A stretch of DNA of 51,006 bases. Source: a virus. Position numbers and translations under genes: made by a program. How positions within the stretch are numbered: position 1 is the first letter of the stretch; each line of letters begins with the position of its first letter. The stretch is from positions 1 to 51,006 of the IMG/VR virus record IMGVR_UViG_3300002054_000002. One strand, given 5' to 3'. The notes beneath the pieces are model-generated. The model was given only the letters and a program-made list of their open reading frames with translations, searched no databases and was not told the DNA's origin. Below are positions 1-8,138 of the stretch, one piece after another.

Positions 1-49
1 AAAAAAGCGTCGGGCAGAAGTGTTCGAGATTGAAGAGAAGTATTGTCAC
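1..49. repeat. 49-bp terminal direct repeat, identical to 50958..51006; most likely the overlap of a circular assembly
   Basis: aaaaaagcgtcgggcagaagtgttcgagattgaagagaagtattgtcac occurs at both ends. The ORF starting at 50392 continues in frame into nt 50..94. Confidence 0.95.
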
Positions 50-94
50 GCAGGGCGAGTGCGCCTCAGCGGTACAAGTGAGAGTTTATTTTAA
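2..94 (+). CDS. 3' end of the amino-DNA-methyltransferase gene that starts at 50392 and wraps across the junction
   Basis: The frame continues from 51006 (..EEKYCH) as AGRVRLSGTSESLF, with TAA at 92-94. Confidence 0.85.
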   Translation, partial: KKRRAEVFEIEEKYCHAGRVRLSGTSESLF

Positions 95-109
95 CCTAAA
101 TATTGAGAT

Positions 110-532
110 ATGAGTTTAAACAAAGTGTTTTTGATTGGTCACATGGGCCAAGATATTGAAATGCACCACTTCGAAGGCGGAGGGTGTATTGGTCGCACAT
201 CGCTGGCGACGACGATGAAGTGGAAGGACAAGAAAACTGGCGAAAAAAAGGAGGACACTCAATGGCATAGTATTGTTTTCCGAAACAAGCAGGCGGAGCT
301 TGCGGAGAAATGGTGCCAAAAGGGTACTAAGTTGTTCATTGAGGGGATGGTCATCTATCGCCAATACGAAAAGGACGGCGTTACGAAGTACTCCACCGAG
401 GTAAGGGTGCGTGAGATGCAGTTCTTGGCCAAAACCAAGGAGAACGCATCGGCAGGGGAGCCAAAGGACGGCAACCCAGCACCTCCGCCACCACCGACGG
501 CAGAGGATCCAAACGATGACTTACCATTCTAA
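110..532 (+). CDS. ssb: Single-stranded DNA-binding protein
   Basis: OB-fold signature NKVFLIGHMGQD..TQWHSIVFRNKQAE..GTKLFIEGMV..YSTEVRV. It is followed by a Pro/Gly linker and an acidic tip NDDLPF, as in bacterial SSB (DDDIPF). Confidence 0.9.
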   Translation: MSLNKVFLIGHMGQDIEMHHFEGGGCIGRTSLATTMKWKDKKTGEKKEDTQWHSIVFRNKQAELAEKWCQKGTKLFIEGMVIYRQYEKDGVTKYSTEVRVREMQFLAKTKENASAGEPKDGNPAPPPPPTAEDPNDDLPF

Positions 533-553
533 TCGATGAAGTGAGACATGAAA

Positions 554-588
554 CATAAAGGATTTTATTACATTTACCGAATACAAAC
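554..588 (+). promoter_or_regulatory. Promoter cassette copy A (degenerate): cataaaggattttatTACATTTAccgaATACAAA
   Basis: It aligns with the cassettes at 7757, 39698 and 46631. A near -7 box TACATTTA sits at 569-576, and ATG follows at 604. Confidence 0.5.
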
Positions 589-603
589 GAAAATATCAGT
601 ACC

Positions 604-1884
604 ATGTATTTAAAGATTGAGAACGCAGGGGAAGTCGCACCCGAAGCATTTACGCTACTAGGCGCATCAAGTAAACGAGGGGACGGAGCCAAGATTGGAA
701 TGTTCGGCTCAGGGAACAAGTACGCAATGGCATACTTCCTGCGCAAAGGCATTAATTTCAGGGTATTCTCAGGAACCAAGGAGATTGTTATCAGCACCAA
801 GTCCAAAAACTTCAGGGACAAAGACTTCGATGTTATTACCGTGAACGGTGCCGAGACATCCATAACGACCGATTCAGGACCCAAGTGGAAGCTGTGGCAG
901 GCTATACGTGAAATCTACAGCAACGCCATAGATGAAGGCCAGGCCAGTATAGGAACCGAAACGAGTTACATGGGGGAACCCGGAAAGACTCGGATATACA
1001 TCGAGACAAATGTTGAGATAATGGAGTTCTATAATCGAATAGGGGAGTACTTCGCCATCGGCAAGAGGGCGATATACGAGAGCCAGTACGGAAAGATATA
1101 CTCCAAAACCACCACCGAGGCTTTAGTTTACAGAAAGGGTATCAAGTGCTATGATTTTGCTGAAACATCATCATACGACTACGACTTCCCAAATTTGGAA
1201 ATCAACGAGAGTCGTATTGTTGAGCGCACATACGATATTTATGAGGCAATGGCAATGCTCCTGTACACCTGTGAGGACGTTTCCATTATCAAAAAGATTA
1301 TACGAGAGTTCGGGCAAGCGACCGTTGAGCGCAGTATAAATGGGATGTTTGTTTCGACGGATGCCCGATACCTCTCGGAACAGTGGAGGGAGGCGATTGA
1401 AAAGCCATACGTTGCCCCCAACGATTTAGCCTTTTTCATGGATGCATCGGATATTGAGGAGACCTGTTTCTTGCCCACGAAGTTCAGTAACGACATGATA
1501 GAGCGTTTCGGGGATGGGCTTATACCTCCATCGCTTCGACGTGGTTCGGGCAAGTTCCACTACAAGCCTGCTGCCCCCACGGAGCTAGAGCTACGTATGC
1601 TTGAGGAGGTGCAGAGGTTCTTCAGGGAGTGCCAGTTCGAGATAAACTACCCTATTGATATTGTAGTGTTTTCCAACCCCGACCTGCACGGCAAGGCGTA
1701 TCAGGGAAAGATACTGATCAATCAGGTTGCGTTCACAAAGGGCAAGGAGTGGGTTGCCAATATTATAATCGAGGAGCTTATTCACTTGAAGTACAAGGCG
1801 GATGATGGCACCCGAAAGTTTCAGGACTCAGTTATTGCGGAGTTCCTTATGTACATGAAAACGATTAACTCTTATTCATTATGA
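604..1884 (+). CDS. Hypothetical early protein with weak GHKL/HSP90-like ATPase motifs
   Basis: 426-aa ORF directly after a promoter cassette. It contains KIGMFGSGNKYAMAY (691-735) and REIYSNAIDEG (907-939). This is a motif-level resemblance only. Confidence 0.6.
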   Translation: MYLKIENAGEVAPEAFTLLGASSKRGDGAKIGMFGSGNKYAMAYFLRKGINFRVFSGTKEIVISTKSKNFRDKDFDVITVNGAETSITTDSGPKWKLWQAIREIYSNAIDEGQASIGTETSYMGEPGKTRIYIETNVEIMEFYNRIGEYFAIGKRAIYESQYGKIYSKTTTEALVYRKGIKCYDFAETSSYDYDFPNLEINESRIVERTYDIYEAMAMLLYTCEDVSIIKKIIREFGQATVERSINGMFVSTDARYLSEQWREAIEKPYVAPNDLAFFMDASDIEETCFLPTKFSNDMIERFGDGLIPPSLRRGSGKFHYKPAAPTELELRMLEEVQRFFRECQFEINYPIDIVVFSNPDLHGKAYQGKILINQVAFTKGKEWVANIIIEELIHLKYKADDGTRKFQDSVIAEFLMYMKTINSYSL

Positions 1885-2207
1885 GTATTCACACGAACAA
1901 GCTATTTAGTTTCTTCCAAAAGGAACACGCTCTCCTCCTGACCGAGGATGAGATTGATGAAATTATCTACCAAGTGAAAAAGGGCGACGTGCCTTATGTT
2001 GATCAGATGCGTAGTCGAATAAACATCTATCGGACAATTAATGTGCTTATTTTAGGTGCCTTGTTGCTTATCCTCCCTGAGTACCCGTTAAAATGGGTGG
2101 TAGGCTTGTTCCTGTTGTATAACTTATTGCACGTACTTTGTTCCTTAATTTATTTCAAGTGGTGGCTAAATGCAAAAAAACGCAGAAAAATGGGAGTCAA
2201 AAACTGA
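1881..2207 (+). CDS. Small membrane protein (2 TM)
   Basis: ATGA overlap with the upstream gene. Hydrophobic segments INVLILGALLLILP and WVVGLFLLYNLLHVLCSLIYF. Confidence 0.55.
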   Translation: MSIHTNKLFSFFQKEHALLLTEDEIDEIIYQVKKGDVPYVDQMRSRINIYRTINVLILGALLLILPEYPLKWVVGLFLLYNLLHVLCSLIYFKWWLNAKKRRKMGVKN

Positions 2208-2445
2208 GTTTCCCGACGAGTTGAATCCAGCACAGAACCAGTTCTCTGTGGATGTGCTGGTTTACTTCCCGACGCTCGATGAGCATACGGTGGGATGGTT
2301 CGACTTCAATAAAATGAAATGGCAATTTTTATCTAATCAACAATATGGCAAAAGAGGATTTAAGTGGAGGTACTTCGACGAAGGAGACCAACCCCCCAAG
2401 AAAAAGAAAAGTGATAACCCAAGAGGACATTTTCAAGGAGGTTAA
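2170..2445 (+). CDS. Hypothetical protein
   Basis: 91-aa ORF that overlaps the next ORF by 101 nt in another frame. Confidence 0.45.
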   Translation: MQKNAEKWESKTEFPDELNPAQNQFSVDVLVYFPTLDEHTVGWFDFNKMKWQFLSNQQYGKRGFKWRYFDEGDQPPKKKKSDNPRGHFQGG

Positions 2446-2743
2446 GGAGATTATCGCTGCCTCCGGGCATCCCTACAGCGACGAGGATGTTTACCTGTGT
2501 ATGGGATGTACCGAGAAGTTCAATAATTCAGGATATCGCCTGACACACATGGAGGTCGCCGAGTTTCTTGTGAACGAGAAAAACTCCGAAATGATAAAGG
2601 AGAAGGGCATCAAGAAAACCATACTGGCGATGAGTAAAATGCGTCTTGGCACCATTCGCAGGCGTGGAAAGCGTCTCGGACGTAACGCTCCCTGCTTTTG
2701 TGGGAGTGGATTGAAGTATAAAAAATGTTGTTTAAAAAAGTAG
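2345..2743 (+). CDS. SEC-C metal-binding motif protein; the start may instead be GTG at 2411
   Basis: C-terminal PCFCGSGLKYKKCC matches the SEC-C CxC..CC zinc motif. Confidence 0.55.
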   Translation: MAKEDLSGGTSTKETNPPRKRKVITQEDIFKEVKEIIAASGHPYSDEDVYLCMGCTEKFNNSGYRLTHMEVAEFLVNEKNSEMIKEKGIKKTILAMSKMRLGTIRRRGKRLGRNAPCFCGSGLKYKKCCLKK

Positions 2744-2747
2744 ACTT

Positions 2748-3017
2748 ATGAGATTCAAAAAATCATTAATGTTGGACGTGTACGTGTACACCGAAGAGGA
2801 AGAGAAACTAAAGGAGCTCGATATTGAGACGGAATTTACCGAGGATAGTCCAACCGAAAAGCGGTACTTCTTCTGTATTGATAGTGTGCATCAGTACCGG
2901 GAAATGGAGAACGTTTCCTACCTGTACTCGAACGGCGACTCCTTTTACGTAAAGGGCAAGGCGGACGATTTGGTTCGCATCATAGAGGATCACATCGTAG
3001 CGTACAATGTGCCATGA
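2748..3017 (+). CDS. Hypothetical protein
   Basis: 89-aa ORF in a co-directional array. Confidence 0.5.
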   Translation: MRFKKSLMLDVYVYTEEEEKLKELDIETEFTEDSPTEKRYFFCIDSVHQYREMENVSYLYSNGDSFYVKGKADDLVRIIEDHIVAYNVP

Positions 3018-3175
3018 TGACCTACCTAATTTTACACGAGGGAAAAGCCTTTTATACTGAGTGGTTCATGGCAGAAAACAACTTTGTAGAGGGTATGACG
3101 GTGTTCAACTTAGATGCAGATACATTTACAACCGATGGCGAGAAGTGGCAAGCCATTGAGTTTGATCATTTATAA
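3014..3175 (+). CDS. Small hypothetical protein (53 aa), below the ORF-track length cutoff
   Basis: It is joined to the upstream stop by an ATGATGA overlap. It reads MMTYLILHEGKAFYTEWFMAENNFVEG..EFDHL and fills an otherwise empty 180-nt gap. Confidence 0.45.
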   Translation: MMTYLILHEGKAFYTEWFMAENNFVEGMTVFNLDADTFTTDGEKWQAIEFDHL

Positions 3176-3195
3176 CCCACTAAATACAATCGATT

Positions 3196-3570
3196 ATGAG
3201 AATGAGAACCGTTTACATTGCGCATCCCATTGGGGGAGACGTGAAAGCGAACACTGCGAAAGTGCTGGCAATATTCAAGACAGTATTTGAGCAGGAGATT
3301 ACCGTGGTGCCATTTGCACCCTACATACCTTACGTCATGTGCTTGGACGATGAGCAGCCTGACGTGCGCACCCGTGCCATATCGCACAACCTACACCTCC
3401 TAAGCCTTGACTTCGTTGATGAGGTTAGGCTGTATGGTGACCGAATCAGTTCGGGAATGAAAGAGGAGATTGATTACGCCTTGAGGTTCAAGGTGGCAAT
3501 CCGTCCAATGACACCCGGAACAATTCGAGCCTTTCAAGAAATGTACCCCGATAACGCATCCCTGATATGA
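3196..3570 (+). CDS. DUF4406 / nucleoside 2-deoxyribosyltransferase-like fold protein
   Basis: N-terminal VYIAHPIGGD and C-terminal LYGDRISSGMKEEIDYA resemble the YIAGP..G..S.G...E pattern of that family. The assignment is from memory and not searched. Confidence 0.35.
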   Translation: MRMRTVYIAHPIGGDVKANTAKVLAIFKTVFEQEITVVPFAPYIPYVMCLDDEQPDVRTRAISHNLHLLSLDFVDEVRLYGDRISSGMKEEIDYALRFKVAIRPMTPGTIRAFQEMYPDNASLI

Positions 3571-3962
3571 GCGACGAGGATAAATTGCGCAAACTAGACA
3601 TACACGAGTCCGTCCAAATTGCGGACTATCTGCACGTTACCCGTGTTATTGGAGGGTTTATGTATGAGTACTGGGATCAACACGAGGACGTGTGTGCATC
3701 GGCGGTATTCGTGCCATACAAGATACTTCCAAACTCAAGCACCATATCAAAGCACTACAACCTCGATGAGGTATTCGACAGAATGGCGATGAGGGCAAGG
3801 GCAGAGAACTTCGTAGAGTGGCTCATAAACCATTTTTACGTACAGACGGTGCCAGCAGGCTCCGAGCTACAGTGGGCATTCAAGAACTTGGAGCTTGGTA
3901 TTGAGTCCATTGGTACCCAAGAAGCATACGATTTATACATGAAACAAAAATCAGAACAATGA
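3567..3962 (+). CDS. Hypothetical protein
   Basis: 131-aa ORF with an ATGA overlap. Confidence 0.5.
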   Translation: MSDEDKLRKLDIHESVQIADYLHVTRVIGGFMYEYWDQHEDVCASAVFVPYKILPNSSTISKHYNLDEVFDRMAMRARAENFVEWLINHFYVQTVPAGSELQWAFKNLELGIESIGTQEAYDLYMKQKSEQ

Positions 3963-4255
3963 CAAAGACACCAGTTACCTCGGCGGAGACGTTCGACCTC
4001 GATGCCGAGTTCGCATTTTATTTAGAATCAGTACAGTTGCACCCTGACCGAATGGCTCCGGGACAGCTTACGGAAACACGCAGGGCATTTGTTGCAGGGT
4101 TGGCGCAGATGTTTATCATCTTCTCTGTTGACCTTTCGGCAATTGAGAACGAGGAGGAGACCTACCCTATATTTGATAAGATAACCCAGCAAATTGGAGA
4201 GTTTTGGAAGAGCGAAGGACTCGACGGAAAGCAGGGCGGTAAACATAAAGACTGA
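3959..4255 (+). CDS. Hypothetical protein
   Basis: 98-aa ORF with an ATGA overlap. Confidence 0.5.
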   Translation: MTKTPVTSAETFDLDAEFAFYLESVQLHPDRMAPGQLTETRRAFVAGLAQMFIIFSVDLSAIENEEETYPIFDKITQQIGEFWKSEGLDGKQGGKHKD

Positions 4256-4259
4256 TACT

Positions 4260-4430
4260 ATGGCAAATATGAGCTATTGCAGATTTGAGAATACTTACAG
4301 CGACCTTATGGATTGCTATGATGCCCTGACACACGAGGGACTTGATTCTCTATCTGAGAGCGAGCGCACCTTCGCAACGAAACTAATAAACGTCTGCAAG
4401 GGCATAACGCAAGATTTTGAAGATGAATGA
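4260..4430 (+). CDS. Small hypothetical protein (MANMSYCRFENTYSDL..)
   Basis: An internal ATG at 4260 avoids overlap with the upstream gene. The ORF-track start at 4194 is less likely. Confidence 0.45.
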   Translation: MANMSYCRFENTYSDLMDCYDALTHEGLDSLSESERTFATKLINVCKGITQDFEDE

Positions 4431-4644
4431 AGAAAAATCTAACCTTATTGAATTTGATAGTATCGATTGGGGATTCATAGAGTGGCTTGACAGAGGTATG
4501 TGGTCTAACCATGAAAGGGAGGGGGGCAAGGTTGTGGCAAGAGATTTTTGGTATAATACCTATCGGTTATCCGCAATGAAAAACCCACTTACAAAAGAGC
4601 AGCTCTATGAAAAATACAAATCAGAAAAAGATAATCAGGAATGA
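4417..4644 (+). CDS. Hypothetical protein
   Basis: 75-aa ORF, the last gene before a strong terminator. Confidence 0.5.
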   Translation: MKMNEEKSNLIEFDSIDWGFIEWLDRGMWSNHEREGGKVVARDFWYNTYRLSAMKNPLTKEQLYEKYKSEKDNQE

Positions 4645-4730
4645 AGCCAGCCGTTTAGTTGCACTCTAGGCGGTGCTTCGATAGCCAGCCACACATTTTA
4701 GGCGGATATTTTTTTTAGTTTGGTTGGTTG

Positions 4731-4766
4731 ACACCCGTTAGGAGAAATCCTTCGGGTGTTTTTTTG
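4731..4766 (+). terminator. Rho-independent terminator
   Basis: Hairpin ACACCCGttAGGAgaaaTCCTtCGGGTGT followed by T7. Confidence 0.8.
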
Positions 4767-4778
4767 TAAATTCACAAC

Positions 4779-5087
4779 ATGAAACTCTTAAAAGTGGCTT
4801 TCATGCTTTCAATCTTAGTTATTGGATTCACAGGGTACGCACATACCAGCGACCTGAGCCAAAATTCGCAAGATGCCATCGTCCTTACGGATGTTGATCA
4901 TTCGGTAGCGATTGAGTTGCATACCCTAACCCCAGTGGAGGGTGTTTTCATTGTTACTGCACACGGCATCCTGCCACAGCAGTACATTACCGCAAGCGTA
5001 GCTAGCGGAATGGATGCGCCCATTGCAAAGACCCGAAAAGCACAGGCCGTAATAGGCCCGCAACATAGGGCAAGGGATGGATTGTGA
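4779..5087 (+). CDS. Secreted protein with a signal peptide
   Basis: N-terminus is MKLLKVAFMLSILVIGFTGYAHTS. The gene is bracketed by terminators on both sides. Confidence 0.6.
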   Translation: MKLLKVAFMLSILVIGFTGYAHTSDLSQNSQDAIVLTDVDHSVAIELHTLTPVEGVFIVTAHGILPQQYITASVASGMDAPIAKTRKAQAVIGPQHRARDGL

Positions 5088-5111
5088 CTATTCAAACATC
5101 GCATTTAGGAA

Positions 5112-5139
5112 AGCACCTCATTACGAGGTGTTTTTTTTT
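5112..5139 (+). terminator. Rho-independent terminator
   Basis: Hairpin AGCACCTCattacGAGGTGT followed by T9. Confidence 0.8.
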
Positions 5140-5142
5140 GCA

Positions 5143-5150
5143 TAAATTTG
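5143..5150 (+). promoter_or_regulatory. Bacteroidota-type -7 box TAAATTTG upstream of the packaging operon
   Basis: Perfect TAnnTTTG directly after the terminator and 27 nt before ATG 5177. Confidence 0.5.
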
Positions 5151-5176
5151 ACCCGTTACCGTTATTGAAGGGACAG

Positions 5177-5386
5177 ATGTACGGAAAGCAACCACATACC
5201 AAACCACCAAGCACCCTCCCTGCCATTATCGTAACGACCGCTACCGGGAAGCAAGGACTCGTTTACGACGGCACCCCAATAAACGGAAAAGTAAAAGTCG
5301 TCGTTATAGACAAAAACGGCGACGAAACAGGAGAGCGACTCCTTTGTAAGCAAAGTGGACTCACGTTCGTCGGCATTAAAGACTAA
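5177..5386 (+). CDS. Hypothetical protein (69 aa)
   Basis: The ORF-track start at 5084 would read through the terminator and promoter. The first ATG after the -7 box is at 5177. Confidence 0.5.
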   Translation: MYGKQPHTKPPSTLPAIIVTTATGKQGLVYDGTPINGKVKVVVIDKNGDETGERLLCKQSGLTFVGIKD

Positions 5387-5391
5387 TCCCA

Positions 5392-5589
5392 ATGAACATA
5401 GTAATCCAAAACCTACAGGAGAAACTTGACTGGCTCGACATGGAACTCCGCATCACAGAACGGGATGCCACACCCAACCAAGCGAGCATCAAACAAATTA
5501 ACAGGGAGATGCGCCAGTACAAGCGTGCATTGCGTATCCTCCAAAAAGCAGTAAAACCCAATGGCAAGACCAAGCGAGTACAACCCTGA
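5392..5589 (+). CDS. Small coiled-coil protein
   Basis: 65-aa ORF with heptad-like, charged sequence. Confidence 0.45.
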   Translation: MNIVIQNLQEKLDWLDMELRITERDATPNQASIKQINREMRQYKRALRILQKAVKPNGKTKRVQP

Positions 5590-5986
5590 CCTATGCGACG
5601 AGATATGCGACCGCATTATGATGGGCGAAAACATCAAAGCCGTGCTGGACTCGGACAAACGTTTCCCATCATTCCCAACATGGTGCAAGTGGAAGCGTGA
5701 AAACATCGAATTATTTAACCAGTACATAGGAGCAATTCAAGACAAGTCCGAAAGTGTGCTGGCTAAAATTGACGAATACCTACAACAGGTACTCGACGGA
5801 GACATCACGTACAAGCAAGCCAGCCTGCTCATAAATACCCTGAAATGGAAGGCTGCGAAGTTCTACCCGAAGATGTTCGGTACCAATTCGACCATCGACC
5901 TACTGAGCGACGGCAAGGCAATACAGCAACAGGTAACAGTATTCAGGTTGCCCGATAACAATAGAGACAATGTGGAGGTCGAATGA
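5561..5986 (+). CDS. terS: Terminase small subunit
   Basis: MARPSEYNPDLCDEICDRIMMGENI.. is a typical TerS N-terminal HTH region. The gene sits directly upstream of TerL with an ATGA overlap. Confidence 0.7.
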   Translation: MARPSEYNPDLCDEICDRIMMGENIKAVLDSDKRFPSFPTWCKWKRENIELFNQYIGAIQDKSESVLAKIDEYLQQVLDGDITYKQASLLINTLKWKAAKFYPKMFGTNSTIDLLSDGKAIQQQVTVFRLPDNNRDNVEVE

Positions 5987-7467
5987 ACGAGGTAAAGTAC
6001 ATTGAACCACAGGCAGGCTACCAAATGATGGCCTTACAGTCCGAAGCTGATATACTTATTGGTGGAGGGGCAGCAGGAGTGGGCAAGACGTTCACATTAT
6101 TACTCGAACCATTACGCCACGTTACAACGCCCAACTTCGGTGCGGTTATATTCAGGCGTACCTCCCCGATGATTCGTGCTGAGGGAGGGCTGTGGGATAG
6201 CTCATCGAAGCTATACAGCATGATTGACGGAGCCACACCGAGGCGGACGATGCTTGAGTGGCAGTTCATAAACGACGTGCGTATTAAGTTCTCCCACCTC
6301 GAATACGAAAAGAACATTTATGACTGGCAGGGTTCGGAGATTCCCTTCATTGGGTTTGATGAGCTCACGCATTTCACTCGCAAGATGTTCTTTTACCTAC
6401 TCTCCCGTAACAGGTCGACATCAGGTGTACGTCCTTACGTGCGTGCGACGTGCAACCCCGACCCTGATTCGTGGGTGCGTGACCTCATTGATTGGTGGAT
6501 AGGCGACGACGGGTACCCAATTCCCGAAAGGCAGGGGGTGGTTCGCTACTTCATGGTAGACAACGATAACTATATTTGGGGCGACACCAAGGAGGAGGTA
6601 ATCAAAAAGGGCTGGTACGCATTGAAGGACATGGTCGATAAGAGTGGCCTGGACCCGAAATCGTTTATCAAGTCCCTCACGTTCATTGGTGGCTCCATTT
6701 ACGACAACAAAGAACTGCTCCGAATTGACCCCGGATACCTCGGAAACCTAAACGCCCAAACCAAAGAGGAGAAGGCACGCCTATTGGAGGGCAACTGGAA
6801 CGTCAAGCAGTCCGACATTGATATCTACGATTACTACCACTTTCGGGATATGTTCAACAATACCTACGCCGAGGAGAAATACAAACGCTCCCCTCGGTAC
6901 ATAACCACCGATATTGCCCTCAAAGGCTCGGACAAGTTCGTTGTGTACGTGTGGCAGGGCAAAATGCTCATAGACTTTGTGGTAATGGATAAATCCAAGG
7001 GTAACGAGGTTGTGAACACCATTAAGCGCATGGCAACCAAGCACCGGGTACAGCATTCTCATATCCTCTTCGATAACGATGGTGTGGGTGGTTTCGTTGA
7101 TGGGTTCATTGAGGGGGCTAGGGAGTTCAACAATGGCTCCCGTGCGCTGATGAAGGAAAACTACAAAAACCTCAAGAGCCAGTGTTACATTCGCTCAGGT
7201 GGCAGTGTTGATCGTGGCGATTACTACATTCCCCCTGCTGTAGCGGAGCGTCCATACGATGAGAAGAGCTCCCTGCGTGACCAGATGCTAAAGGAGCGCA
7301 AGGCAATCAAGCGAGCCAAGCCCGACCACGATGGCAAGCTCTCGGTAATACCAAAGGAAGAAATGAAGACCTTCTTGGATAACCATAGCCCGGATTGCTT
7401 GGATGCGTTCATGATGAGGGAGTGGTTTGACATTACCCCACCCGACCCTGATGTAGAATATTTGTAA
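5983..7467 (+). CDS. terL: Terminase large subunit
   Basis: Walker A GGGAAGVGKTF, Walker B IGFDELTHF, ATCNPDPDSW, and a C-terminal nuclease-like half. Length is 494 aa. Confidence 0.9.
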   Translation: MNEVKYIEPQAGYQMMALQSEADILIGGGAAGVGKTFTLLLEPLRHVTTPNFGAVIFRRTSPMIRAEGGLWDSSSKLYSMIDGATPRRTMLEWQFINDVRIKFSHLEYEKNIYDWQGSEIPFIGFDELTHFTRKMFFYLLSRNRSTSGVRPYVRATCNPDPDSWVRDLIDWWIGDDGYPIPERQGVVRYFMVDNDNYIWGDTKEEVIKKGWYALKDMVDKSGLDPKSFIKSLTFIGGSIYDNKELLRIDPGYLGNLNAQTKEEKARLLEGNWNVKQSDIDIYDYYHFRDMFNNTYAEEKYKRSPRYITTDIALKGSDKFVVYVWQGKMLIDFVVMDKSKGNEVVNTIKRMATKHRVQHSHILFDNDGVGGFVDGFIEGAREFNNGSRALMKENYKNLKSQCYIRSGGSVDRGDYYIPPAVAERPYDEKSSLRDQMLKERKAIKRAKPDHDGKLSVIPKEEMKTFLDNHSPDCLDAFMMREWFDITPPDPDVEYL

Positions 7468-7475
7468 GTTTGTGC

Positions 7476-7739
7476 ATGAAGAAAGGTCTAATCTTGGTAC
7501 TATCCGTGATAATACTCGCCGCTTCTGTGATATTTTATTGGTATTCCGTGCGATTACTCGAAGATGCGAAGCAACTCAAGAGCGATGCGTATGAAATTCT
7601 CGACAAGTCGTACAGGGTTTCGAGCGATGCGTACTTCGATATGCAGCGGTTCAATGACAAGCACAGGGAGCTGTTGATGCGCATAGATTATCTTACCGAA
7701 CAGGACAGTATTGCGACACGCTACATCGAACTGCCCTAG
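7476..7739 (+). CDS. Membrane-anchored small protein
   Basis: MKKGLILVLSVIILAASVIFYWY is an N-terminal TM segment. ATG 7476 is preferred over the TTG at 7470. Confidence 0.5.
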   Translation: MKKGLILVLSVIILAASVIFYWYSVRLLEDAKQLKSDAYEILDKSYRVSSDAYFDMQRFNDKHRELLMRIDYLTEQDSIATRYIELP

Positions 7740-7756
7740 CATTTCGTCGAGAACTT

Positions 7757-7810
7757 CATAAAATATTTTATGTTTTCGGACATCTTTCATACATTTGGAC
7801 TTCATACAAA
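7757..7810 (+). promoter_or_regulatory. Promoter cassette copy B
   Basis: cataaaatattttat..(16-nt insertion)..TACATTTGgacTTCATACAAA, with the -7 box at 7790-7797. Confidence 0.6.
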
Positions 7811-7822
7811 TAATTATACATC

Positions 7823-7936
7823 ATGGATTACAGAAAAATTATCATTGCCGTCTGCTTGGCGGTAGGCATTTTAGGACTCCTTACCTGTGCGAGTTCACAT
7901 TTAGAAACCCCTAAAACATACTATCATGGCAGATAA
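7823..7936 (+). CDS. Tiny putative lipoprotein (37 aa; mature part about 16 aa)
   Basis: Reads MDYRKIIIAVCLAVGILGLLTC|ASSHLETPKTYYHGR, with a signal peptide plus a lipobox-like LLTC. It is below the ORF-track cutoff, lies 13 nt downstream of promoter B, and overlaps the next gene's start. Confidence 0.4.
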   Translation: MDYRKIIIAVCLAVGILGLLTCASSHLETPKTYYHGR

Positions 7937-8138
7937 TTGGAAGGAAGGCATCTACGCCAGTATGGATCGCTTCAATAAGATTGATGGCGACAACTTTGGC
8001 CCCTGCATGAGGCAGCTTTATTCGAAGGAAAACAAGACCTGCCTTGAGTGGCGCATGACAATCAAGGACGCTGATTTGTGCATCATTCAGTTTCATGAGA
8101 ACGGTAACGGGTACTCAATCTTTAAACAGCAGGAATAA
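7926..8138 (+). CDS. Hypothetical protein
   Basis: 70-aa ORF. Confidence 0.45.
   Translation: MADNWKEGIYASMDRFNKIDGDNFGPCMRQLYSKENKTCLEWRMTIKDADLCIIQFHENGNGYSIFKQQE

Noticed and set aside
1-49. Interpreting the 49-bp end repeat as a biological direct terminal repeat
   Set aside because: It is short and lies inside a continuous ORF, so an assembly overlap of a circular contig is more parsimonious. This cannot be settled without reads.
381-884. Minus-strand ORFs throughout the window, for example 381..884, 9010..9498, 21144..21817, 26611..27069 and 50449..50841
   Set aside because: All lie antisense to well-supported + strand genes. They have implausible composition and no promoter or terminator context. 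The genome appears strictly unidirectional.
2345-2445. Possible +1 programmed frameshift between ORFs 2170..2445 and 2345..2743 at the ccccccaagaaaaagaaaag tract
   Set aside because: +1 recoding is rare. The downstream ORF has its own in-frame starts (ATG 2345, GTG 2411), so ordinary overlapping genes or a homopolymer sequencing error are simpler explanations.
4645-4705. Duplicated AGCCAGCC-N14-TAGGCGG / AGCCAGCC-N8-TAGGCGG motif upstream of the 4731 terminator
   Set aside because: There are only two short copies with variable spacing and weak pairing potential. This is insufficient to call a regulatory site or RNA.
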